Positions 43,609 through 55,287 of a DNA stretch of 64,000 nucleotides are shown one piece after another. This DNA comes from an uncultured Planctomycetaceae bacterium (GTDB lineage: Bacteria > Planctomycetota > Planctomycetia > Planctomycetales > Planctomycetaceae): positions 672,001 through 736,000 of the forward strand of contig CAWFAK010000009.1 in NCBI GenBank assembly GCA_963813715.1, given 5' to 3'. The translations under genes and the position numbers were made by a program. Within the stretch, counting starts at the first letter, position 1. Each line of letters opens with the position of its first letter. The notes under the pieces are model-generated. The model was not told the DNA's origin and did not search any database. It saw only the letters and a program-made list of their open reading frames with translations.

Positions 43609-43761
43609 TTCCCAAATCGGGTGTTCGCAACAATGGCGATCATCTTACCCAGAATCTCGCGTAGAATTCAGCGAGCGGCGACCGATTGACGGTGGCATGG
43701 GCCCGCCCGCTTTACCGCGCGACAAAGGGTCACGCGGTGATAGCAGGAACGGAGAACTCAA

Positions 43762-44159
43762 ATGGCAGGCGACGCCAATTCGGCCGGGAAGAAATATGCC
43801 GAGGCCAATGAGCAGTTGATCGTCGAGATCTACGTGCGGAACCTGAAGCAGTCGATCCCGTTTTACGAGCAGCTTGGCTTCACGATCTGTCGCGAGGAGC
43901 CGGGCTTTGTCGAGCTGGGCTGGGGCGAGTCGCGCTTGTATCTCGAGCAGATTCCCGCCCAACCCGACCCGCCCAAGACCTGGTTGCCAACATCCGCATC
44001 CTGGTCCCGGACATCGATCGATTCTGGTCCAAGTGCGGCGAGATGAACCTGACAGTCGTCAAGGAAATCGCCGATCGCGACTACGGACTCCGCGATTTCA
44101 CGGTCGTTTCGCCCGACGGGATCGGGCTGCGGTTTGCCTCACGGCTGCCGGGCCGGTGA
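43762..44159 (+). CDS. VOC/glyoxalase-family protein; frameshift near 43980
   Basis: YVRNLKQSIPFYEQLGF; DYGLRDFTVVSPDG in the second frame. Confidence 0.85.
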
Positions 44160-44197
44160 CCGATCGTAAACGGGCACGGTGGGAGCCGGCCGCGCAA

Positions 44198-44227
44198 CAA
44201 AAAGGCCGGACGCCACTGCGCCCGGCC
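44198..44227 (-). terminator. Intrinsic terminator after tRNA-Gln
   Basis: GGCCGGGCGC-AGTG-GCGTCCGGCC followed by a T run on -. Confidence 0.7.
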
Positions 44228-44229
44228 AT

Positions 44230-44300
44230 TAATCCCGCTAGGATTTGAACCTAGACTGATAGATCCAGAGTCTATCGTGCTACCGTTACACCACGGGATT
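44230..44300 (-). tRNA. tRNA-Gln(CTG), CCA not encoded
   Basis: Full cloverleaf: AATCCCG/CGGGATT, ATAGA-CTCTGGA-TCTAT, CTAGG-TTCAAAT-CCTAG. Confidence 0.95.
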
Positions 44301-44388
44301 GCGGGCGCGAATTTAGCTGATTTCCGCGAAGGCTGCAAACGGAGGAAGACCGTGTGCCTGCGTTCGACTGCGGCGAACTTGTCGCACC

Positions 44389-45015
44389 CTACGTCGCTCC
44401 GCGAAGCAGTCCCACGAGCTGCGGAATCAGCCGCTCGAAGGCGCGGCCGCGGTGGCTCAGGCGGCGCTTCACCGCGGGACTCAGTTCGCCGAACGTGCGG
44501 TGATATTCGGGAATCAAGAAGTACGGATCGTAGCCGAAGCCGTTGGTGCCCCGGGCCTCGCGCGTGATGCGACCGCGGCAATAGGCTTCGACCTGCAGCA
44601 CGATTTTTCCCGACGGGTCGGCCAGCGCCGCGTTGCAGACGTAGCGGGCATTTCGCCGCTCTTCCGGAACCGCGGCCAGCTCGCTCAGCAACTTGGCGTT
44701 GTTGGATTCGTCGGTGGCCTCCGGTCCGCTGAAGCGGGCCGAGTAAATGCCCGGAGTTCCGGCGAGCGCGGCGACTTCCAGGCCGCTGTCTTCCCCGAGC
44801 GTCCAATGGGCGACGGCGCGGGCCGTCTCGGAAGCCTTCTTGGCGGCGTTGGCGGCGAACGTGCTGCCGTCCTCGACCACTTCGGGCACGTGGGGAAAAT
44901 CGGCAACGCCCAGCACCTCGATCCCGTGAGGGGCCAACAGCTCGCGGATTTCCGCCGCCTTCTTGCGGTTGCGGCTGGCGATCACCAAACGCGGCGCAGC
45001 TCCCGAAACACTCAT
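44389..45015 (-). CDS. rdgB: Non-canonical purine NTP pyrophosphatase (RdgB/HAM1)
   Basis: ASRNRKK, EDSGL, PGIYSAR, GFGYDP, SHRGRA. Confidence 0.95.
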   Translation of the reverse strand: MSVSGAAPRLVIASRNRKKAAEIRELLAPHGIEVLGVADFPHVPEVVEDGSTFAANAAKKASETARAVAHWTLGEDSGLEVAALAGTPGIYSARFSGPEATDESNNAKLLSELAAVPEERRNARYVCNAALADPSGKIVLQVEAYCRGRITREARGTNGFGYDPYFLIPEYHRTFGELSPAVKRRLSHRGRAFERLIPQLVGLLRGAT

Positions 45016-45116
45016 GTCGCTGAGTGTTTCGGGCCGCACGGACGATGTCAACGATCGCCGCGAACAGACACAAGAACGGACATCGGACCGGACAGAAACG
45101 GCCGTCGCTCGGGCCG

Positions 45117-46243
45117 CTACTTCGGCACGTCGATCAGCTCGGGATACGCGTCGAAGATAAACGTTTTCACCGACTTGTCGCTGGGACGCGGGTGACGCGG
45201 ATCCACACGCGGAACGGTAAACGGCTCGGCCGCAATCGTCGGCGTGCCGTCAGTTTTGACCTGCGTCACCTTGCCGCCGAAGAAGTTCTGCAGCGACGCG
45301 ATCCGCGGATCGTCCTTCGAGTCGAACGAGCCGACCGTGACGATCGAGGAATAGCGGTCATGATAGACATAGGACTCGAATTCCCGGTCATAGCCCAGCG
45401 AGCGGGCGTGACGCAGGGCCGTGCACAATTCCCAGCGCGTTCGGCAGCGTCGCTCAGGGGCGGATTGGTCAGCTCGAACTTGTGATCGTCCGGAGTTTCC
45501 TTGCTGAACTGCGTGTAGAACCGTCCCTGAAACGTGGCGATGACGACGGTGTAACGACCCGGATTGCTCAACAGCGAGTAATCGCCGCCCGAATTCAGCT
45601 TGATGATGAACGGATCGCGGCGGCGCACCGCCAGCTCTTCGTCGGACAAGAGCGGATTGGTGGTCATGAAGGCGCCGCTCAGCGGTTTGGGGCGGTCCTT
45701 GGTTGTGCGGAAGATGCCACCACTCTTGGAACGCTTGATCTCGCCCCCCAGCGTGGCGGGCTTGGCGGCTTCCACGTCGGAGAGGAAGTCCGGCTGAAAC
45801 TCCTTGATGAAATGCAGGGTGTCCTGAGCCACCTTGTCGTTGGCGCTCGGATAGTTGCCGGCCAGCACGCAGATGCCCCCCGTCCAGTTGCGGACGCGGG
45901 CCTTTTGCGGCGTCATTGTGCGGCGGCCGATCACCTGCACCTCCTCGTCGACCTCTTCCTGCCGGAAGACGTAGGACGGGATATGGTGCAGTCGGAGCTC
46001 GTAGACCAGTTGTTGGGCGGCTTGTTCGGGCGACAGTCCCTCGCCGCGGCGATCATCCGGCGGCTCGATGAAGCTGGCCACCATGATCATCCAGGGGCCG
46101 TGCCGCTTCGTCAGCTTGTAGTGCTTGCCCTTGACGGCCTCGATCGTCGCGGCGGCCCGGGACGAGGCACACGCAAACGCAAAACCGGCGAAAACTGCCA
46201 GAACGACCGCGAGGCGACTTTTACTCCGCACGACAGACTCCAT
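45117..46243 (-). CDS. Exported hypothetical protein; frameshift near 45440
   Basis: Signal peptide; internally repeated WMIMVASF / YTVVIATF modules. Confidence 0.7.
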
Positions 46244-46302
46244 TCTGAAATGCGTTTTGGCCCGGGGATGGCGGGACGCAACAGGCGTTTGAGACGGGAA
46301 TT

Positions 46303-46377
46303 TTCGAGTTCGAACCGAAATTGGTTCGAGTGAAAGGTCGGGATTAATTCGAGTGAAGGGCTGACCGATTCGAGTGA
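46303..46377. repeat. Four phased TTCGAGT(GA) direct repeats
   Basis: Starts at 46303, 46325, 46348, 46369. Confidence 0.7.
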
Positions 46378-46399
46378 GAGCCGGATTGGGCCGCGGATG

Positions 46400-47149
46400 C
46401 TAACAATTCGTCCGAATCTCGTCCAGAGGCCATTTTTCACTCAAGATTTCCCGTTGCCGTGCCGTCAGCTGGGCGATGGCCTTCCGGGCCGCCTGCACCT
46501 GCCGCTCGAGCAAATCCGGGGAAAACGGGCGTCCCTCGGCCGTCCCCTGCACTTCGATGAAGTCGCCAGCGCCGGTCATCACCACGTTAAAATCGACCTC
46601 GGCCCGCACGTCTTCGGAATAGTCCAGGTCGACCAGCACCGCTCCATCGACGACGCCGACACTGATCGCCGCCACGCTGTTGACGATCGGCAGTCGGCCG
46701 CCGGCGAATTTGTCGCGGATCGAATCGAGCGCGTCGACCAACGCCAAAAAGCCGCCGGTGATGCTCGCCGTTCGCGTGCCGCCGTCGGCTTCCAGGACGT
46801 CGCAATCGACGGTCACGGTTCGCGGCCCCAGCGCCGCCATGTCGACCGCCGCCCGCAGGCTGCGGCCCACCAGCCGCTGAATTTCCTGGCTGCGACCGTC
46901 GATTTGTCCACGCTCCCGCTTTTTGCGCGGGGCCGTGCTGCCGGGGAGCATGCTGTACTCGGCGGTCACCCAGCCGGTGGGGTTTTCCTCTTTGGCCTTC
47001 CAAGGAGGGACCGCTTCGTCGACGCTGGCCGTGCACAGGACGGTGGTGCGGCCCGCCTGAATCAGCACGCTGCCGGGCGCTCCGCCGGTGAAGTGCCGCC
47101 GCACGGCGAGCGGCCGCAGGGCGTCGGGCCCGCGGCCGTCACGTCGCAT
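46400..47149 (-). CDS. rph: Ribonuclease PH
   Basis: [47 protein letters not shown]. Confidence 0.96.
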   Translation of the reverse strand: MRRDGRGPDALRPLAVRRHFTGGAPGSVLIQAGRTTVLCTASVDEAVPPWKAKEENPTGWVTAEYSMLPGSTAPRKKRERGQIDGRSQEIQRLVGRSLRAAVDMAALGPRTVTVDCDVLEADGGTRTASITGGFLALVDALDSIRDKFAGGRLPIVNSVAAISVGVVDGAVLVDLDYSEDVRAEVDFNVVMTGAGDFIEVQGTAEGRPFSPDLLERQVQAARKAIAQLTARQREILSEKWPLDEIRTNC

Positions 47150-48291
47150 GATCGGCCCCCCAGCAACCACACCAACAGCCCCTTCGCCAGGTGCATGCGG
47201 TTTTCCGCCTGTTGAAAGACGATGCTTTGCGGCCCGTCCAGCACCTCGTCGGTGACTTCCAGGCCGCGTTTGGCCGGCAAGTCGTGCATGAAACGGGCCG
47301 ACTTGGGAGCGGCCGCCATCAGCGCGGCATTTACCTGGAACGGTGCGAAAACCTTTTCCCGCGCCGCGGCCTCCGCTTCCTGCCCCATGCTGGCCCAAAC
47401 GTCGGTGTAGACGATGTCGGCCTGCTTGACCGCACGGAAAGGATCGTCGACAAGCTCGACGTCGGCCGTCGGAAAGTCGCCGCCGCACCTCCCGCAGAAA
47501 AGCCGTCGACAGCTCGTAGCCGCGCGGCGAGCAAAACGTGATGGGCATCTTGGCGTAGGCGGCCGCCATCGCCAGCGAGGCGGCCACGTTGTTGCCGTCG
47601 CCGACATACACAATCCGCACACCGGCCAGCCGTCCGCAGGCTTCCTGGATCGTGAACAAATCGGTGAGGGCCTGGCACGGATGCAGCTCGTCCGACAGCC
47701 CGTTGACGACCGGGCAACTGGCGAGCCGGGCAAACTCTTCGATCAGCGACTGCCGAAACGTCCGCATCACGATGGCGTCGGAATACGCGCTGAACACGCG
47801 TGCGACGTCGGTCAATGATTCGCGACCGTTGAGTCCGGCGTCCTGCGTGCTAAGAAACACGCTGCCCCCGCCGAGCTGGATCGCCGCCGCCTCGAAACTG
47901 TTGCGGGTCCGCAGCGAAGGCTTTTCAAAAACGAGCGTCAGAACGCGCCCTTGCAACAGAGGCGGACGATCGCCGCGGGCGTGCCGCCCCTTCAAATCGG
48001 CCGCGATCGCCAGGATGGCTTTGACGTCGTTGGGTGCCAGATCGAAGACCGAGGTCAGGTGCCGCGGCCGACCCGACTCGCGCGCGTTCGCCGCCGCACT
48101 CTTCCCTTTGGATTTGCGGCCCGCCGCACTCGTCGGCGTGTGCGCCGCTTGAACAGTGGACTTTCGCAGGCGCGGGCTTTGGCCGTTCGTTCCGGCGCGT
48201 GGCTGGTGGAGGCCTTCGCCTGTCGCAGGCGGATGGCCGCGGCCGACTTGCCAGATTCCGATTTTCCCGGGCGGGGACGATCAGCTTTCAT
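47140..48291 (-). CDS. argF: Ornithine carbamoyltransferase; frameshifted, both ends uncertain
   Basis: [40 protein letters not shown]. Confidence 0.9.
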
Positions 48292-49485
48292 CGGCGATCT
48301 CCCGCAGAACTTCGGCGATCGCCTCGCATCCCTGGTCGACCTGCTCCTCGGTGATATTCATCGCCGGCAACAACCGCACCACCGTGTCATGCGTGACGTT
48401 CAGCAGCACGCCGCGCTGCATGGCCTTTTGCACGGCCGCGCCGGCTGGAACATTCAGCTCGATGCCGATCATCATGCCGCGGATCCGCAGCTCGCGAATC
48501 AATGGCAGCTCGCTCTGCAGGGCTTCGAAACGCGTGCGGAACCGCTCCGACATGCGGCGGCAATTGTCGAGCAGCCCTTCCTCTTCGATCATCCGCACGG
48601 CCGCACAGCCGGCCGCCATCGCCAGCGGGTTGCCGCCGAACGTGCTGGCATGCGTGCCCGGTCGCAGGCTCTTGGCAATTTCCGGGCGGGCGATCATCGC
48701 TCCGCAAGCGACGCCCGCCGGCAAGTCCCTTGGCGAGCGTCATGATGTCGGGCTGCACCGGTGTCTGCTGATAGGCGAACCAGCTCCCCGTGCGGCCCAT
48801 GCCGGTCTGCACTTCGTCGAAGATCAGCGAACAGCGGTGCTCGTCCGCCAATTGCCGCAGCCCGACGAGGAATTCGTCCTCCGCAATATGAATGCCCCCC
48901 TCGCCCTGAACCGGCTCGAGCAGGAAGCCGCACGTCTCGTCGTCGATGAGATCCTTCACCGCGTCGAGGTCGTTGAGCGGAGCGTAGCGGAAGCCGGCGA
49001 CCAGTGGGCCGAGCCCTTCGTGATACTTGGGCTGTGCCGTCGCAGTGAGCGCGCCGAGCGTCCGGCCGTGAAAGCTGATTTTCGAACGTGATGATCTTGT
49101 AGCGTCCCTCGCCGTGCAGCCGCGCCAGCTTGATCGCCGCCTCGACCGCCTCCGCTCCGCTGTTACAGAAGAAGGCCTGGCCGAAGCCTCGCGTGCACAA
49201 CAGCTCGGCGAACTCGCCCTGGGCCTCCGTGTACCAAGTGTTGGGCACGTGAATCAGCTCGGCGACTTGGGACTGAATAGCCCGCACAATGGCCGGCGGC
49301 GAGTACCCCAGAATGTTGCAGCCCCAGCCGGGAAACAAATCGAGATAGCGATTCCCTTCGGCATCCCAAACGTACGAGCCCTCGCCCCGCACCAGGCAGA
49401 TGGGGAACCGCTTGTAGTTCGGAATCACGAACTGATTGAACTGTTCGATCGTCTGGGCACTTGTCGCTGTGGTGGCACGACTCAC
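48281..49485 (-). CDS. argD: Acetylornithine aminotransferase; frameshifts near 49080 and 48725
   Basis: [39 protein letters not shown]. Confidence 0.93.
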
Positions 49486-49516
49486 GGCTGCATTCCTTGA
49501 CGAGGATCAAATCCGC

Positions 49517-49586
49517 GGAGGGCGAGGCTCCCGCCGAGCCGTTCTGGCTCGCGAAAACCGGCTCAGCAGGAGCTTCGCGGCTCCCC
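49517..49586. repeat. REP-like palindromic pair
   Basis: GGAGGGCGAGGCTCCCGCCGAGCCG ... CGGCTCAGCAGGAGCTTCGCGGCTCCC. Confidence 0.75.
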
Positions 49587-49601
49587 TCACTGTTGTCGTT
49601 A

Positions 49602-50477
49602 CTAGGGAACGATCTCCGTCCCCACGCCCGAATCGGAATAAAACTCCAACAGCACCGCATGAGGCATGGCGGCATCTACAATGTGGACTTTTCGCACGCC
49701 GCTCCGCAAGGCCTCGAGCGCCGCCTCGACCTTCGGCACCATGCCCGCGTCGATCACCCCTTCGACAATCAAACCGCGGCAAAGGCTCGCGGGCAGATGC
49801 GAAATCAAGGTCGACGGGTCGCGGCGATCGCGAAAGATGCCCGGCACGTCGCTCAAAAAGACCAGCTTTTCCGCCCCCAACAACCGGGCCACGGCCGCGG
49901 CGGCCGTGTCGGCGTTCACGTTGAGTTTTTGCCCGGCCGAGTCGAGCGCGATCGACGGGATGACGGGAATCGCCCCGGCCGCCAGGGCCTCTTCAATCGG
50001 GCCCCGGTCGAGGTCGATCACTTCGCCAACCCGCCCCAGATCGACCGGCTGCCCGCCATCCCCGTTGAGCAACAGCTTCTTGCCGATCAGGCAGTTTTTC
50101 CCCAGGTAGCTCAGGCCGACGGCGTCGGCCTGCTGTTGCTTGATCTCCGCGACCAGCGAGCCGCAAATCTCGCCCGCCAGAGTCTGGGCCACGATCTCGA
50201 GGGTCCGCTCGTCGGTGAATCGCCGGCCGTTGACGAACTTGGGCTCGATGCCGGCCGCGTTCATCGCCTGGGTGATCGACTTCCCGCCGCCATGCACCAG
50301 GACGGGTTTCATGCCGACCGAGGCCAGGAAAATCACGTCGGTGAGCACGCTGCGGACGGCAGCCGTCTCCTCGAGGGCGCTGCCTCCGAGCTTGATGACG
50401 ACGTAGCGGTCCCGAAACTGGCGAATCCAGCCCAGCGCTTCGACCAAAACGTCGGCTTTGCGAATCGCCTCGTTCAA
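49602..50477 (-). CDS. argB: Acetylglutamate kinase
   Basis: VIKLGGS, VHGGG, NVNAD, GMVPKV; TTG start after GGAG. Confidence 0.95.
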   Translation of the reverse strand: MNEAIRKADVLVEALGWIRQFRDRYVVIKLGGSALEETAAVRSVLTDVIFLASVGMKPVLVHGGGKSITQAMNAAGIEPKFVNGRRFTDERTLEIVAQTLAGEICGSLVAEIKQQQADAVGLSYLGKNCLIGKKLLLNGDGGQPVDLGRVGEVIDLDRGPIEEALAAGAIPVIPSIALDSAGQKLNVNADTAAAAVARLLGAEKLVFLSDVPGIFRDRRDPSTLISHLPASLCRGLIVEGVIDAGMVPKVEAALEALRSGVRKVHIVDAAMPHAVLLEFYSDSGVGTEIVP

Positions 50478-50803
50478 CCCCGACTCCGACCCGCCAGACT
50501 TCGGGCGATCTGCCCGGCCTGTGCGATCTGGTGGAACTCTGCACCGCGGCTGACTTTCCGCGACTGACCAGAAAACGATCCAGACGGGGCGTCTGTCCGC
50601 GTCTGCCCAAAGAGGGAAACCCCTGATTTTAAAAGGACTTGCGGGGAAGTCAACGAGCCGCAAGTGAACCGACACGTGGGCCCCCGAGCCGGGGTTAAAT
50701 GCCTTGGGGGGAGCACGTCGGCGCCGTCGGGCGGCGCTGCGCTTCGTCCGTTCGCCCGGTAAGATGCGGGTCCCCCGCTCACCCGAGGATTTGGAGACTC
50801 CGC

Positions 50804-52355
50804 TTGAAGATCGCTTCGATCGTTCCGTCGCTCGTGCTGTTCGGGTCGCTCGTCGGCGTCGCCTCGGCCCAGCAAACGAAGAGCGGGCCGGCTGTCCCGA
50901 AAACGGGCGCCGGGCCGAACGCAGCCTCCGCCTCGAAGTCAGGCGCCGCCCCCGCCTCCCGCCCCAACATTCTGGTGATCGTCGCGGACGATCTCGGCTA
51001 TGGCGAGCTGGGCTGCCAGGGTCACAAAGACATTCCGACGCCGCACATCGATTCGCTCGCTCAGAACGGCGTGCGATTCACCTCGGGCTACGTCTCCTGC
51101 CCCGTCTGCAGCCCGACCCGCGCCGGCTTGATGACCGGGCGTTATCAGCAACGCTTCGGCCACGAGTTCAACCCAGGGGCCGGTCGACGAGGCGGCCAAC
51201 AACTTCGGCCTCGTCCGCGACGAAAAAACCCTCGCCGAACGGTTGAAGGCGGCCGGCTACGCAACCGGGATGGTCGGCAAATGGCACCTGGGCACCAAGG
51301 AAGGACTGCGGCCACCCGAACGCGGCTTCGACGAGTTCTTTGGCTTCCTCGGCGGTGCGCATCCCTACCTCGGCGAGCGCCGGCGGCGCAACATCGAAGT
51401 CATGCGCGGCACCCAGCGCGTCACGGAGTCCGCCTACCTGACCGACGCCTTCGGCCGCGAAGCCGTGGCTTTCATCGACCATCACAAGGCCGAGCCGTTC
51501 TTCTTATATCTGGCGTTCAACGCGGTGCACGCCCCCCTGCAAGCGACGGCCGACTATCGGAAACGCTTCCCGCAGGTCAAAGACGAAAAGCGGCAGACCT
51601 TTTCGGCCATGCTCTCGGCCATGGACGACGCGATCGGCCACGTGCTGGACACGCTTCATAAGTCGCAACTCGAGGAGAAGACGCTGATCTTTTTCATCAG
51701 CGACAACGGCGGTCCGACTCCGCAGACCACCTCGCGCAACGACCCCCTCCGCGGCACGAAGACCACCACCTGGGAAGGCGGCATTCGCATCCCGTACATC
51801 ATCCAGTGGAAAGGGCACGTGCCAGCCGGCAAGGTCGACGATCGTCCCGTGATCGCCCTCGACATTCATCCGACGGCGCTCGCGGCCGCCGGCGTCACCG
51901 CCCAGCCGGAAAAACCGCTCGACGGCGTCAACTTGTTGCCGTTTCTCGACGGCGCCGCGACCAGCGTGCCTCACGAAATTCTCTTCTGGCGATTCGGCAA
52001 CCAGATGGCCGCCCGTAAAGGCGATTGGAAGTTGACCCTGGCCGCTCCGCGTCCCCCCGCCGGTTCGCCGGCCGCCGCACTGGAAGACGACCCGCGCCCG
52101 CGAGCCGGACGCCGACGCCGGCCCGCTCGCAACGCGACGGCCCAGCTCTACAACCTGGCCCAGGACATCGGCGAGAGCAAAGACCTGTCGGCCGAGAATC
52201 CCGACAAGGTCAAAGAGCTGAAAGACGTCTGGGACAAGTGGAACGCCGAGCTGATGGCCCCGCGATGGGGACGAGCCAACCCAAGTCCGCCCGCGCAGCC
52301 CGGCGCCGCAATCGAACTGAAGCGGTGCCGGCGAGTTCACCAACCCGAAGCGTGA
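50804..52355 (+). CDS. Formylglycine-dependent sulfatase; frameshift near 51180, 3' end uncertain
   Basis: [27 protein letters not shown]. Confidence 0.93.
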
Positions 52356-52362
52356 GCGAGGG
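52339..52362. repeat. Uninterrupted REP arm ACCAACCCGAAGCGTGAGCGAGGG
   Basis: Same family as the interrupted REP at 57698-57981. Confidence 0.75.
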
Positions 52363-52519
52363 CTCCGATCTTCTCTTCTCGACGCGCGACCCTGCCTTCG
52401 AGCCGACCGCCGATTGACCCGCTGCGCTGACGCTCGAACCGTCGCGCCGTACACTGGTCGAGTCGCCGCTGCGCCCGTCTTGTTGATGTGCGGCCGCCTT
52501 CCCTTGGAAAGAGAGCCCC

Positions 52520-54024
52520 ATGACGTCCCGCCGCACGTTCGCTGTCGTCGCCTGTCTAGCCGCCCTCTCGTGCTGTCTCTCAGTCGAAGGGCGGGCGGCC
52601 GAGCCGGGTGCTGTGTCCAGCGCCGAGGTTCAGAAGCGAATCGCCACCGTTGAACGCAGTCTGATTCCGGTGATCCGCATCAAGGGCCGCGCGCCCAATC
52701 AGCTTGCCGAGCGGATGCAGCGGCTGCACGTTCCCGGCGTAAGCGTGGCGGTCATCAATCATGGCGAAATCGAATGGGCCAAAGGCTACGGCCTGGCTGA
52801 CATCCACACCAAGACGCCCGTCACGCCCGAGACCCTGTTTCAAGCCGGCTCGGTCAGCAAGCCGGTGGCCGCGCTGGCGGCCCTCAAGCTCGTCGAAGAA
52901 GGAAAGTTGAATCTCGACCGCGACGTCAACTCGCAACTCAAGTCGTGGAAAGTCCCCGAAAACAAATTCACCAAACAGCACGCCGTCGATCTCCGCGGGA
53001 TTTTGAGTCACACGGCCGGCTTCACCATTCACGGCTTTCCCGGCTACGTCGTCGGCAAGCCGATTCCGACGCTGATCCAAGTGCTCGACGGCGAGCGACC
53101 GCCCGCCAACACGCGTCCCGTGCGGGTCGACAAAGTCCCGGGCAAGGGCTTTCGCTATTCCGGCGGCGGCGTGACCGTGATGCAACAACTGGTGATCGAC
53201 GTCACCGGCCGACCGTTTCCGCAGGTCGTCCACGACCTGGTACTCGCGCCGTTGGCGATGACGTCGAGCACGTACGAACAGCCCCTCCCCGAAGCTTGGA
53301 CGTCGCGGGCGTCGAGCGGCCACACGCGGCAAGGAAAAACGTTCACCGGCCGCTGGCACGTCTATCCCGAACTGGCGGCCGCCGGCCTGTGGACCACGCC
53401 GTCCGACGTCGCTCGCTACGTCCATCGAGGTGCAACAGGAGCACGCCGGCAAATCGCACAAGGTCCTCTCGCACAAATTGGTCGAAGAGATGCTGACGCC
53501 GCAGGGAGGCGGACCGGTCGGGCTGGGACCGTTCCTCAGCGGGACCGGCGCCGCGCGACGCTTCGAGCACGGCGGCGTGAACGCCGGCTTCAATTGCAAG
53601 TTCGTCGGCTACGTCGACGGCGGCCAGGGAGCCATCGTGATGACGAACTCCGACAGCGGCGGAGCGCTGTGCGAAGAAATCCTGAGCGCCGTCGCCTTGA
53701 CCTACGGTTGGCCCAACTATCTGCCGCCCGAGCGCGAGATCATCAAGCTCGACGACAAAACGCTCGCGACGCTGGTCGGCAACTACAGCCTGGGGTTCTT
53801 CGGCGAAGTGAAGGTCGAACGCCGCGGCAACGCCCTCTTCGCTGTTTCGCCGCAGGGCGAGTCGGAACTGTACTTCGAGTCGCCCACGAATTTTTGCACC
53901 GACGATCCGGAGGTCAGCGGCCGCTTTGGCTTGGATGGCCAGGGGCGACGTGGCCGAGGTGATCATCAAGTTTGGCGGCGAGGAAATTCACGCCAAGAAG
54001 AAGCCCCCCGAGGCGAGCAAGTGA
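52520..54024 (+). CDS. Serine hydrolase, beta-lactamase/AmpC-like; frameshifts near 53420 and 53945
   Basis: SVSK (SxxK), YSG, HGG. Confidence 0.9.
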
Positions 54025-54042
54025 GCGGGAAGCGTGGCCAGC

Positions 54043-55276
54043 ATGCCTGATCGAGCCGCCGGCCCAGCCGCTAACCAATCTGCTGGCCCACCGGCCAGCG
54101 CGGCCCTGCGATTCGATTTCTTCGCCAACGCGCGGCTGCTGTTCGGCTGGGGGCGACGGACCGAAGCCGGCAGCCTCGCGCGGTCGCTGGGTGAGCGCGC
54201 GTTTCTGGTGACGGGCTCGCGGGCCCTCGAGCGGCAGGGCGTGATCGAGGAGATCGCGTCGTCGCTCCGGCAGGCAGAGCTTGAAGTCGTCTCTTTGGCC
54301 GGAGTCTCACGCGAGCCTGAGGTGGCGGACGTCGACCGCGCCGTGGACAACATTCTCGGTCACGGTCCGCGAGCGGGCGATATCGATCGTGGCCGTTGGC
54401 GGAGGCTCGGCGATTGATCTGGCCAAGGCGGTCGCGGCGCTCGCGACCAACCGGCAGGGCACGAGCGTTGCGGACTTCCTGGAGGGCGTCGGCAAAGGAC
54501 TGAAGATCGAGACGCCGCCGTTGCCCGTGCTCGCCCTGCCGACGACGGCGGGGACCGGCAGCGAAGCGACGAAGAATGCCGTCATCTCCTCGACCAACCC
54601 GCCCTACAAAAAGAGCCTCCGCAGCGAGTTGATGATCCCGCGGGCCGTGTTGATCGATCCGGAACTGACCGTCGGCTTGCCGCCACACGTCACCGCGCAC
54701 ACGGGCATGGACGCGATCACGCAGCTCATCGAAAGCTATATCTCGCGTCGCGCTCAGCCGATCCCGCAGGCGCTGGCGCTCGACGGCCTGGCACGGGCCC
54801 TCCCCGCCATTGAACGGGCCGTCACGAACGGCAGCGACCGGCCCGCACGGGAAGCCATGGCCTACGCGGCCTATTTATCGGGGGTCGCCCTGGCGAATTC
54901 GGGCTTGGGGTTCGCACATGGTGTCGCGGCCGCGCTCGGCATTCATTGCGGCATGCCGCACGGCCTGGCCTGCGCGATGATGCTGCCGACGGCCCTCCGG
55001 ATCAATCGCGACGTCCGCACTGTTGAGCTGGCACGGCTGTGGACTCTCGTCGATCCGGCCTCGCGGCTATCCAACGGCGACGCGGCCGACCGCTTCATCG
55101 AGCACATCGCAGGCATCGCCCGGCGGATCGGCATTCCGTCGCGACTGTCGGCCGTTGGCGTCGACCGCGCGGCCATCCCGGCGCTCGTCAAGAGTTCGCG
55201 AGGCAACAGTATGGACGGCAACCCGCGTGACGTCAGCGACGAAGAGTTGACACAGCTGTTGGAAGTGCTGCTCTAG
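54043..55276 (+). CDS. Iron-containing alcohol dehydrogenase; frameshift near 54385
   Basis: GGGSAID, PTTAGTGSE, GMDA, AHG, HG. Confidence 0.92.
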
Positions 55277-55287
55277 CGACGGGCGAA

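Noticed and set aside
44160..44389. tRNA-Gln as an island attachment site
   Set aside because: No duplicated tRNA 3' end or integrase found in the window.
46400..47995. Apparent ArgF-RNase PH fusion ORF (531 aa)
   Set aside because: Produced by an indel near 47470; the ArgF C-terminal motifs lie in another frame.
52520..54024. Bona fide beta-lactam resistance gene regulated by BlaI/BlaR1
   Set aside because: Generic serine hydrolase 40 kb away; no TAGCGAA-N4-TTCGCTA operator seen upstream.
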